Source: Bacteroidales bacterium (GTDB lineage Bacteria; Bacteroidota; Bacteroidia; Bacteroidales; UBA10428). Taken from it: a stretch of 64,000 nucleotides of DNA. The notes beneath the pieces are model-generated. The model ran no database searches, had not been told where the DNA came from, and saw nothing but the letters and a program-made list of their open reading frames with translations. Made by a program: the position numbers and the translations under genes. The stretch is taken from contig JAFGBD010000018.1 of the NCBI GenBank assembly GCA_016933335.1, positions 3 to 64,002 of the forward strand, written 5' to 3'. Positions within the stretch are counted from its first letter, which is position 1. Each line of letters opens with the position of its first letter. Below are positions 38,621 to 47,486 of the stretch, piece after piece.

Positions 38621-39826
38621 ATGATACCTTTCCTGAAAACCAAGACTGGTCACTTGCTTTTTCACCCGAGAACAGTTCTGATACTTTACATTGTTTTTAC
38701 TGTTGCAGCAAGCACCCAGGTAGTCCTGCTGGGTAAAAAGACTTTCACCGAAGGGGGCCGGGAATATACCCATTATAATAACTATGTAATATTCAAAAAC
38801 TCATTTCATCACCTTATACAGGATAAAGATCTTTACATTCATTACCCCGGGGAATATCACGACCTTTTTAAATACAGTCCCTCCTTTGCCCTTATATTCG
38901 GGGCCCTTGCTTTTTTACCCGATTTTGCCGGTATTGTGTTATGGAATCTTATCAATGCGCTGATGCTTTATTTTGCCATGTTTTCTTTGCCCGGTTTCAC
39001 CGGCAGGACAAAGGCTTATATGTTGCTGCTTGTCATTATCGAGCTGATGACTTCGATGCAAAATACCCAAAGCAATGCATTGATTGCAGGACTGATCATA
39101 CTGGCATTTGTCCTTCTTGAGCATGAAAAGCCGTTGTTTGCAGCCCTTTGCATTGTTTCTACTGTTTTTATTAAAATCTTTGGTATTGTAGCATTGGCAT
39201 TGTTTATATTCTATCCAGGGAAAGTCAGACTTGTTTTATACTCTTTATTCTGGTCTGCTGTTTTCATATTTCTTCCTTTACCGGTGGTCGGTTTCTCACA
39301 GCTAAAATTTCTTTATTCGGGCTGGTTCAGCCTGCTTGTAAATGATCATTCCATATCCGAAGGTATCTCAGTTATCGGATGGCTTTATTCATGGTTTAAT
39401 ATGGATGTTCCCAAAGGATTGACTGTGATTATCGGTATTGTTGTATTTTTAATGCCATTGATCAGAGTGAAACAGTACAGCAATTATTCATTCAGACTGC
39501 TTACTTTGTCATCGGTGTTGATATGGATGATTATCTTTAACCATAAAGCAGAGTCGGCAACATTTATCATTGCCATAAGCGGTGTGGTAATCTGGTATTT
39601 TTCACAGGAAAGAAAAGCCCCGGATCATGTTTTACTAATCCTGGCTTTTATTTTTACTTCTCTGTCTCCCACTGACATTTTCCCTAAAACATTACGCATA
39701 AACTTTTTTCAGCGTTATAAACTGAAAGCTGTTCCGTGCATTGCTGTCTGGCTTAAGATTTGCTATGAACTGATATTTAAAAGGTATCAACGAAAACAGG
39801 TACCTGATATCCCTGAACATGTGTAA
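38621..39826 (+). CDS. GT-C type membrane glycosyltransferase, DUF2029/GT87-like
   Basis: About 10 TM helices. The N-terminal loop (..YPGEYHDLFKYSPSFALIFGALAFLP) is typical of the DUF2029 family. 401 aa. Confidence 0.6.
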   Translation: MIPFLKTKTGHLLFHPRTVLILYIVFTVAASTQVVLLGKKTFTEGGREYTHYNNYVIFKNSFHHLIQDKDLYIHYPGEYHDLFKYSPSFALIFGALAFLPDFAGIVLWNLINALMLYFAMFSLPGFTGRTKAYMLLLVIIELMTSMQNTQSNALIAGLIILAFVLLEHEKPLFAALCIVSTVFIKIFGIVALALFIFYPGKVRLVLYSLFWSAVFIFLPLPVVGFSQLKFLYSGWFSLLVNDHSISEGISVIGWLYSWFNMDVPKGLTVIIGIVVFLMPLIRVKQYSNYSFRLLTLSSVLIWMIIFNHKAESATFIIAISGVVIWYFSQERKAPDHVLLILAFIFTSLSPTDIFPKTLRINFFQRYKLKAVPCIAVWLKICYELIFKRYQRKQVPDIPEHV

Positions 39827-40051
39827 CATCTCATCCCTTCATCGCCGCGAATTTTCAGTTGTGCAGGATTTGCCGATCCTTAATAACAAATCATCCGATT
39901 TAAAGTCCGGATGAGCAAATGATGATGTCAAAACCCAATATGCAATCCGGGGGTAGAGCCATTTCTTTCAATGTACATCAAACTTCAATTTATACGAACC
40001 ACTGATTGGCATTAAATATCCTTATATTTGTCTTTCCGATTCAATGATACA

Positions 40052-40921
40052 ATGAGCAATAAGGTTAAAGTGGGATATGTTCAGATGCCGTGTGTTGAGG
40101 ATAAGGCTGTCAACATACTCAGGGTGGAGGATCATTTATTAACACTGGTCAGGAAGGGGGCCCGGATCATCTGTCTTCAGGAACTTTTCAGCACCCTTTA
40201 TTTCTGTAACAGCGAAGACCATGATAATTTTTTACTGGCAGAACCATTACCGGGCAACACAACGGAGCATTTTGGACGCATAGCCAGAGAGCACGACATC
40301 GTAATCATACTCTCCCTTTTTGAAAAACGCGCAACAGGACTTTATCACAATACGGCAGCAATTATTGATACGGATGGTTCTTTGTTGGGAATATACAGGA
40401 AAAGCCATATTCCGGATGATCCCGGATTTCATGAAAAATTTTATTTTTCCCCGGGAGATACAGGCTACAAGGTATTCAAAACAAAATATGCCAGTATCGG
40501 TATATTGATATGCTGGGATCAATGGTTTCCTGAAGCAGCAAGGATAACAAGCCTGATGGGAGCTGAAATAATATTCTATCCTGCAGCCATTGGGTGGGAT
40601 ATGAACGAAAAGAATGCAAAACTGAATGAAGAACAACTACGGGCATGGAAGATCATTCAGCAATCACATGCCATAGCCAACGGGATACATGTTGTGGCAG
40701 TAAACAGGACCGGTATTGAAGCCCGGACAAATTTCTGGGGCAGTTCATTCGCCTGTAATCCGTTTGGTACTCCGGTTTACGAATCTCCTGCTGATAAAGA
40801 GGATTACCCGGTTTTTGAGCTGGATCTGTCACTTACCGGGTATTACCGGACTACCTGGCCTTTTTTACGCGACAGGAGAATTGATACCTACGAAACGGTA
40901 TTAAAACGTTTCCACGACTGA
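40052..40921 (+). CDS. aguB: N-carbamoylputrescine amidase (carbon-nitrogen hydrolase)
   Basis: Nitrilase-superfamily catalytic Cys context (IGILICWDQWFPE) and E/K motifs. The stop overlaps the aguA start (TGATG). Start set to the ATG at 40052 (MSNKVKVGYVQ); the ORF track begins at a TTG at 40028. Confidence 0.85.
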   Translation: MSNKVKVGYVQMPCVEDKAVNILRVEDHLLTLVRKGARIICLQELFSTLYFCNSEDHDNFLLAEPLPGNTTEHFGRIAREHDIVIILSLFEKRATGLYHNTAAIIDTDGSLLGIYRKSHIPDDPGFHEKFYFSPGDTGYKVFKTKYASIGILICWDQWFPEAARITSLMGAEIIFYPAAIGWDMNEKNAKLNEEQLRAWKIIQQSHAIANGIHVVAVNRTGIEARTNFWGSSFACNPFGTPVYESPADKEDYPVFELDLSLTGYYRTTWPFLRDRRIDTYETVLKRFHD

Positions 40922-41967
40922 TGTCCATGGTCATTCCTAAATCATTGGGTTACTTTTTTCCTGCCGAATGGGAAAGACATGAAGCCACATGGCTGACATT
41001 CCCGTTTCACGAAGGTTCATTTCCAGGTAAAATGAACGACATCCTTCCCTCATATATGACTTTACTGAAAACCATTTCAATGGGTGAAAAAATCAGGTTG
41101 ATTGTCCAGGATGAACAGACAGAACAGAAAGTCATCCGTCTTTTATATGAACATGGCATTGATCAAAACCAAACCGAGCTTTTTATCCATCCGAGCGATG
41201 ACGTATGGTGCAGGGATCACGGCCCTTCATTCCTTATCAATCCAGACAGCAGCGATCACAAAAAAGCGATCGTCAACTGGGAGTTTAATGCATGGGGTGG
41301 CAAATATCCTTATAAACACGACAATGCCATAACAGGATTCATTGCAGAGAAACTCGGATTGAAGATTTTCAATACGGGTATCATTCTGGAAGGGGGCAGT
41401 GTCGAACTGAACGGAGAAGGTACCCTCGTCACCTCTGAAACATGCCTTCTGCATCGTAACCGGAATCCCCGTCTGGATCGTCAGAAGATCGAAAAGTACC
41501 TGGCGGGTTATTTCGGTGTAGAACAGGTGTTATGGCTTTCGGAAGGTATTGCGGGAGATGATACGGACGGCCATATTGACAATGTGGTGAGATTTGTGAA
41601 TGAGGATACGGTTATCACCATGATTGAACCGGATAAGGGTGATGTGAATCACGGGCCTCTTGCGAGAAACCTGAAGCTGTTGAAAACTTTCCGGCTGCAG
41701 AATGGAAAACCGCTTCAGATCGTGGAAGTTCCGATGCCGTCTGCGGTTCATTATGAAGGGAAAAGACTTCCGGCTTCATATGCCAATTTTTATATATGCA
41801 ACCATGCCGTTATAGTCCCTACTTTCAGATGCCGCAACGATAAAACAGCCCTCGATATATTTGAAAAGCTTTTTACCGAAAGGAAAGTTACAGGCATAGA
41901 TTCAACAGACATTGTCTGGGGGTTTGGCAGTTTTCACTGCCTGACCCAGCAGGAACCTTTCGTATGA
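40921..41967 (+). CDS. aguA: Agmatine deiminase
   Basis: FPAEWE, WCRDHGP, DGHIDN and C-terminal catalytic Cys GSFHCLTQQEP. 348 aa. Confidence 0.9.
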   Translation: MSMVIPKSLGYFFPAEWERHEATWLTFPFHEGSFPGKMNDILPSYMTLLKTISMGEKIRLIVQDEQTEQKVIRLLYEHGIDQNQTELFIHPSDDVWCRDHGPSFLINPDSSDHKKAIVNWEFNAWGGKYPYKHDNAITGFIAEKLGLKIFNTGIILEGGSVELNGEGTLVTSETCLLHRNRNPRLDRQKIEKYLAGYFGVEQVLWLSEGIAGDDTDGHIDNVVRFVNEDTVITMIEPDKGDVNHGPLARNLKLLKTFRLQNGKPLQIVEVPMPSAVHYEGKRLPASYANFYICNHAVIVPTFRCRNDKTALDIFEKLFTERKVTGIDSTDIVWGFGSFHCLTQQEPFV

Positions 41968-42159
41968 GAGGACTTGGAAACAAAGGAATACAAATACTGC
42001 GATACTGATAAACCGGGAGAGCACCACCCGGAGATTTTCTGACAAAGAGCCTGTTCAGCATCATAAGGAGGAGTGTCTGACGGACTTACGGAAAAGACAA
42101 AGATGCCGGGTGAGGAAGAGCCGGTGTACCCGGGCGAAGAAGTAATAAAATGATGCAGT

Positions 42160-43617
42160 CTATTTTTTGTCATTCGTTCTCCTGATTTTATAATTAAGGT
42201 AGGCAATGGCAACAGACACTACAGGATTAATCAGGTTAAAAAAGCAGTAGGGCAGGTAGGTTACCGTAGCCACTCCCAAAACCTTTGCCTGTGCGGCGCC
42301 ACAGGTATTCCATGGCACCAGCACCGATGTCAGCGTACCGGCATCCTCAAGCGTTCTGCTGAGAACCTCCGGTTTCAATCCCCTTTCACTGAATGTTTTG
42401 GCATACATCCTGCCCGGGACAACGATAGAGATATACTGATCGGAAGCGGTAAGGTTAAAAAAGATGCATGTGGCAATGGTTGAAGCAATAAGCGAGCCGG
42501 TCGAATGAGCAAAGCTCACAACGGAATGGGAGATGCGTGTCAGAAGCCCGGCTGATTCCATTGCTCCGCCAAAGACCATGGCTGAGATGATAAGCCAGAC
42601 GGTATTGAGCATTCCTGCCATTCCGCCGGTGGAGAAAAGTTTGTTCATCGATTCGTTGTCGGTCGCAATAGAGATATCACCAAACATAGCCTGTAAAATA
42701 ACCTGGTAGGATGACTGGAATTTGCTCAATCCTTCCCTGCCCAGCTGATCCAGTATATGAGGCTGAAAAATCAATGCAGCCATTGCACCAAGCAGTGTCC
42801 CGATCAGCAATGCCGGCAGGGCAGGTACTTTCTTTATAATGACTATGATCAGTATAACCGGAACAAGCATAAGAAAAGGACTCAGGTGAAAGCTTTTTTG
42901 CATTGATGAAATGACTGCATTCACATTGTCTTCAATTGTTGCATATTCCGAGCTGAATCCAATAACCGAAAATATGATTGCTGCCAGGACAATACTCGGG
43001 GTTGTTGTGATTACCATGTACCGGATATGTGTGAACAGATCTGTACCTGCAACTGCCGGTGCCAGGTTGGTGGTATCGGAAAGAGGAGACATCTTGTCAC
43101 CGAAATACGATCCTGATATAATGGCTCCGGCAACAAGCCCATCATGTATTCCCATTGTCCTGCCAATTCCAAGAAGCGCAACTCCTATCGTGGCTATGGT
43201 AGACCATGAGCTGCCTGTTACAAGACTGACCAGACAGGATACCACCAGTGCAGTCAGTAAAAAAACCGAGGGATGTATGATCTTTAACCCGTAATAGATC
43301 ATGACCGGAACAATACCGCTGATAAGCCATGTACCTGCAAGTGAGCCTATGATCAGAAGTATGAGAATGGATGGCATGGCAGTGTTGATGCTGTTTGTGA
43401 TTGAATTGCGGATTTTTGTCCATGAGACTCTGAACCTTAAAGCAATCAGTCCTGCGATGCTTGCGGCAAGCAGCAAAATAATCTGGTTAGAACCTTCAAG
43501 GGTCTCGCTTTTAAAGATAATGACATTTATAGAAAGAAAGACAATCAGGAAAAGGATGGGTATAAGGGCATGAATAATACCGGGGGTTTTATTGTATTCC
43601 ATTTTATCAGCACTCAT
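42160..43617 (-). CDS. nhaC: Na+/H+ antiporter NhaC family
   Basis: 485 aa with about 11-12 TM helices. Sequence character (SGSYFGDKMSPLSDTTNLA, WNTCGA) is typical of NhaC. Confidence 0.8.
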   Translation of the reverse strand: MSADKMEYNKTPGIIHALIPILFLIVFLSINVIIFKSETLEGSNQIILLLAASIAGLIALRFRVSWTKIRNSITNSINTAMPSILILLIIGSLAGTWLISGIVPVMIYYGLKIIHPSVFLLTALVVSCLVSLVTGSSWSTIATIGVALLGIGRTMGIHDGLVAGAIISGSYFGDKMSPLSDTTNLAPAVAGTDLFTHIRYMVITTTPSIVLAAIIFSVIGFSSEYATIEDNVNAVISSMQKSFHLSPFLMLVPVILIIVIIKKVPALPALLIGTLLGAMAALIFQPHILDQLGREGLSKFQSSYQVILQAMFGDISIATDNESMNKLFSTGGMAGMLNTVWLIISAMVFGGAMESAGLLTRISHSVVSFAHSTGSLIASTIATCIFFNLTASDQYISIVVPGRMYAKTFSERGLKPEVLSRTLEDAGTLTSVLVPWNTCGAAQAKVLGVATVTYLPYCFFNLINPVVSVAIAYLNYKIRRTNDKK

Positions 43618-43909
43618 GAAGGCACAATATACAGATTTTTTTTTGTCATTTTTGAATAATCAGCAAATGTTTTGCCATAAGCATATTCTGGTTAATTCTC
43701 TCCAATACAATGATTTTTTCATACTTTCCGGCTGTAATTATTGCAGTTGCACTTAATGAACCGGTCGGGAAATGATCAGAACAAAGACCAGGTCCGGGAA
43801 AACTTACGGGATGAGTGATATATTTTGGTTATGACAAGTATTTACATGATGAATAATCATAATAATTGACTTCTTAAAGCATTTTATACAGATTTATTAT
43901 AAATTTGTT

Positions 43910-44518
43910 TTGACTGATCAGCATAAAGCCATGGATCTCGATTATAATTTTTTTGATCCGGAAAACACGATCCCGCCATCCAAGGGAAAAATATTAATTT
44001 CTGAACCCTTTTTGCAGGATAATTATTTTAAAAGATCTATTGTCTTTCTGACTGAACATTCAGATGAAGGCACTGTTGGTTTTGTATTGAATAAACCGGT
44101 AAATCTACATGTAAATGAGGTTATTGCTGATTTTCCAAAAACAGATGCACTTATCTCACTTGGAGGACCGGTTAATACAAATACGCTGCATTATATTCAC
44201 ACGCTTGGTGACATTGTGCCAAATAGTGTAAAAGTGATTGAAAACATATACTGGGGAGGAGATTTTGAGGTAGTGAAGAAACTGATACGATCCAAAAACC
44301 TGACCAGGGAAAACATCAGGTTTTTTCTGGGTTATTCCGGATGGCATGCCAATCAGCTGAATGATGAGCTTGCAGAAAATGCCTGGATCGTTGCCGAGAT
44401 GGATCCGATGGAAATAATGTCTCCCATGAATAAGCATTTCTGGAAAAATACACTTAAAAAAATGGGAAAGAAATTTGAGATGTGGTCAAATTTCCCTGAA
44501 AATCCGCAGATGAACTAG
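43910..44518 (+). CDS. YqgE/AlgH family protein (UPF0301)
   Basis: GKILISEP.L.D..F.RSIVFL.EH...G..GFVLNKP, GGPV and FLGYSGW. The track start is a TTG; an in-frame ATG lies at 43931. Confidence 0.85.
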   Translation: MTDQHKAMDLDYNFFDPENTIPPSKGKILISEPFLQDNYFKRSIVFLTEHSDEGTVGFVLNKPVNLHVNEVIADFPKTDALISLGGPVNTNTLHYIHTLGDIVPNSVKVIENIYWGGDFEVVKKLIRSKNLTRENIRFFLGYSGWHANQLNDELAENAWIVAEMDPMEIMSPMNKHFWKNTLKKMGKKFEMWSNFPENPQMN

Positions 44519-45369
44519 ATGCCGAAGGCCTTCTCATTCAGCATTTTAATCAGGAATTTTGATGATTTATTGAAGTACCGCTTTTGTCTGAAAGCAACAA
44601 CCCATCTGATTCCGGAAATTGAATTGGTCAGAAAGATTTCATCCGAGTTGAACAAATCTTCCACGGTTAGTGAGCAATCGTCATTAAGATACAGGCTTTC
44701 CTTTCTGATCATTCCAATGATAACCTGTCTCATGATTCCCGGCAGGCAGCCTTCTTTCAGAGAAGGTGTGTAATACTTGTTTCCTTTGACTAAAAAGAGA
44801 TTTGAGCTGAGCGATTCACAAATTCTGTTGTTTTGATTCAGCAGGAGGCAATCATCCAGCATTTTTTCAGTCCTGAAAACACCTGCAAGCACAAGCAAAA
44901 GGGCGCTTGTCGTTTTTATCCCTGACAGGGGATGAATTGGTTTGGTCATATCCTCAAATACATCAACCCGGTAGCCTTTCTGATTCAGTTGGTAAGTAGC
45001 GCTGTCAAGCGGTGAGCTTTCGATGACAAAAGAAGCCTCGTTAACTTCCGGAGCATATCGTCCGCCACCATTACGGAATACGGTAATACGGATCCTGGCC
45101 CCCTGGAATTGCTTGTTCCTTGTAAGCACACCCTTTATGTGGCTGGTGAAATATTCAGTGGTAAAAAAATCAGGTATAACCATCTTAAGTATTCTCATGC
45201 TGCCAAGCATCCTGTTCAGATGTCTTTCGATAAACTGGGGTTCGGTGCCGTTGGCATGAATGGTCTCGAAAATACCGTCACCATAAAGAAAGCTTCTGTT
45301 CTGTATTTCCAGCAGAGGCTTATCAACCTTAACATAGGAGCCATTCAGACATATGTATTTTTCTGCCAT
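44515..45369 (-). CDS. Aminotransferase class IV (aminodeoxychorismate lyase / BCAT-like)
   Basis: Fold-type IV pattern (YGDGIFETI, ...N.F.V....YTP.....LPGI.R). 284 aa. Its 3' end overlaps the convergent gene by 4 nt. Confidence 0.75.
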   Translation of the reverse strand: MAEKYICLNGSYVKVDKPLLEIQNRSFLYGDGIFETIHANGTEPQFIERHLNRMLGSMRILKMVIPDFFTTEYFTSHIKGVLTRNKQFQGARIRITVFRNGGGRYAPEVNEASFVIESSPLDSATYQLNQKGYRVDVFEDMTKPIHPLSGIKTTSALLLVLAGVFRTEKMLDDCLLLNQNNRICESLSSNLFLVKGNKYYTPSLKEGCLPGIMRQVIIGMIRKESLYLNDDCSLTVEDLFNSDEIFLTNSISGIRWVVAFRQKRYFNKSSKFLIKMLNEKAFGI

Positions 45370-45411
45370 AGACGGTATGCTATTCCAAAACTGGATTACA
45401 TGCGCAACAGT

Positions 45412-45777
45412 TCATGTGTAAAATGATTGATTAATCTGATGTGTATCTTCTTTATGCCTGAACAAACTTGCCAGGGAGGCAAGAATAATGGCCACAAGAT
45501 AAAACAGGATAAAAACCAGTCTGTGATATCTGATCACATCACTTGATTCCAGAACCTGTAACCATTGTTCAGCTGCAGTTCCAAACATAAACAACACCAG
45601 CATGTTCACGATCAGGTGCGTATAGTTGGCATGGAGAAATTCGTGGGTTAAAAGCCTGTCCCATTCTTTATGATGGTATATCCGGTAAGCATTGAACTGG
45701 AATCTGGCAAACAGCTGCTGGTGGCTGAAAGCAATGATTGAAAACAAAACAGTTATTCCAATAATGATAATGGTCAT
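45412..45777 (-). CDS. Rhomboid-family N-terminal fragment (3 TM; lacks catalytic GxSG and His) - possible pseudogene
   Basis: Contains the TM2 motif RLLTHEFLHANYTHLIVNMLVLFMFG but terminates (..SLFRHKEDTHQINQSFYT*) exactly where GxSG normally follows. Only 42 nt separate the stop from the next gene. Confidence 0.5.
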   Translation of the reverse strand: MTIIIIGITVLFSIIAFSHQQLFARFQFNAYRIYHHKEWDRLLTHEFLHANYTHLIVNMLVLFMFGTAAEQWLQVLESSDVIRYHRLVFILFYLVAIILASLASLFRHKEDTHQINQSFYT

Positions 45778-45817
45778 GCAAACAGGATTTTACAATTTTA
45801 AAAAAGCAATATCATAT

Positions 45818-46825
45818 TCAAATATGAAGGATTTTATATATCAGTTCTTTCAGCAATTCACCGTCAGTATTAGATACGTTGCCGACCCCTTTTGATTTCA
45901 GATCGTATTCCCTTAACAGTGATATGATTTGTTTGATCTTTAAGAAAGAATAGCTTTTTGCGGCACGCTGATAATCCTGAACAAAATAGGGTTTGATTTT
46001 TAAGGCAGCCGCTACACTGCCTCTGGATTTATCTGCAAGTTTGTGGTAAATCAGAACCCGGCTGAAGAAGAAATAAAGTGTTACAAGGGTAAGCACCATG
46101 GGATAGTTCCTTGGATTCTTACCGAAATAACTGATAATCCTGTTTGCCTTCAGCACATCTCTGCTGATCAGGGCATTTTGCAGTTCAAAATTATTGTAAT
46201 CCTTGCTGATCCCGATGTTTTTCTCAATATGCAGGGTATTGATTACTTTCTCATTGCCGGCGACTGAGATCTTTAGTTTCTCAAGCTCGCTGACGATTTT
46301 ACCAAGATCATTGCCGAGGTGCTCTGAAAGCAAAACAGCTGCTTTAGGCTGAATTTCCATTCCTGCTTGTTTCAGAAATCCTGTTATCCAGTCTGGTATC
46401 TGGCTGTCATATAGTTTATTGGACTCAAAAATAACAGCATTTTTGTTAAGGGCAGCAAAGAGTTTTTTTCTTTTATCAAGTTTCCTGTATTTATAATTGA
46501 TAACAAGGACAGTGGATTTAAGGGGAGCTTCAGCATAATAAACCAGGTTATCGATATCCTGGATATTTTGTGCTTCTTTTACGATAACTACCTGGTATTC
46601 AGACATCATAGGGTATCTTTTGGCTATATTAATCACATTATCAATGTCTGTATCCAGTCCGTATAACACCGTCAGGTTGAACGGTTTTTCTGTTTCGTCC
46701 AGCACATTTTTTTCGATGTGATCGGAAATTTTATCAATAAAGTAGGGCTCTTCGCCCGTCAGAAAATAGACTGGACTGAAGATCCTTTTCTGCAGGTCAA
46801 TCATTATTTTTTCAAAGTCATTCAT
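45818..46825 (-). CDS. holA: DNA polymerase III subunit delta
   Basis: 335 aa with N-terminal PVYFLTGEEPYFID and a layout typical of HolA. Confidence 0.8.
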   Translation of the reverse strand: MNDFEKIMIDLQKRIFSPVYFLTGEEPYFIDKISDHIEKNVLDETEKPFNLTVLYGLDTDIDNVINIAKRYPMMSEYQVVIVKEAQNIQDIDNLVYYAEAPLKSTVLVINYKYRKLDKRKKLFAALNKNAVIFESNKLYDSQIPDWITGFLKQAGMEIQPKAAVLLSEHLGNDLGKIVSELEKLKISVAGNEKVINTLHIEKNIGISKDYNNFELQNALISRDVLKANRIISYFGKNPRNYPMVLTLVTLYFFFSRVLIYHKLADKSRGSVAAALKIKPYFVQDYQRAAKSYSFLKIKQIISLLREYDLKSKGVGNVSNTDGELLKELIYKILHI

Positions 46826-46987
46826 TCCTGAGGTTTGTTATACAAAGAAAATAAATTTTAACCTGTATTATTTATTAATTTCATAAATTATGGGCATTAA
46901 ACAATTTTGTTGGACTTGTGATTTATGCATCGAAAATTGTTTGAAAAGAATAACTGAGATTATCTTTGTTGTCTTACCGGTTCTTAA

Positions 46988-47440
46988 ATGAGACTTTTGA
47001 ATCTGCCTTCATATAATTTTAATTTCAAGATCATCAGGGATAAACAATATATTTTTGACGAGATAAGGAAGAAGTATGTTGCAAATACACCGGAAGAATG
47101 GGTCCGGCAGAACTTCATCAGGTATCTCATTGCCGGGAGAAATTATCCGCAGGCCCTGATCAGCGTCGAGCATGTGATTTCACTTAACAGGCTGTCTAAA
47201 AGATGTGATGCCGTTGTACATTCAAAATCAGGAAATCCGTTGATGATTCTCGAGTTTAAGGCACCGGATATATCTGTCGGTCAGAAGGTATTTGATCAGA
47301 TAGTCCGGTATAATCTGGTGTTAAAGGTAAACTTTTTATTGGTGACAAACGGATTGAAACATTACTGCTGCAAAATAAATTTTCAGAATAAAGACTATAA
47401 TTTTCTGAATGAAATACCTGGTTATGAGGATTTGACCTGA
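46988..47440 (+). CDS. HsdR N-terminal (PD-(D/E)xK-like) domain protein, stand-alone
   Basis: EEWVRQ.F..YL, CDAVV and ILEFKAP motifs typical of the type I restriction enzyme R N-terminal domain family. 150 aa. No HsdM/HsdS gene is nearby. Confidence 0.7.
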   Translation: MRLLNLPSYNFNFKIIRDKQYIFDEIRKKYVANTPEEWVRQNFIRYLIAGRNYPQALISVEHVISLNRLSKRCDAVVHSKSGNPLMILEFKAPDISVGQKVFDQIVRYNLVLKVNFLLVTNGLKHYCCKINFQNKDYNFLNEIPGYEDLT

Positions 47441-47486
47441 AAGACTATGATTACGAACTGCAGCAGAAATATTCGGGTTGGTGATA

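Noticed and set aside
46988-47440. HsdR N-terminal domain protein as a sign of a type I restriction-modification or defence island
   Set aside because: There is no HsdM, HsdS, helicase or nuclease partner nearby. The flanking genes are housekeeping (holA, Wzc). Stand-alone genes of this family next to holA appear to be a common Bacteroidota arrangement.
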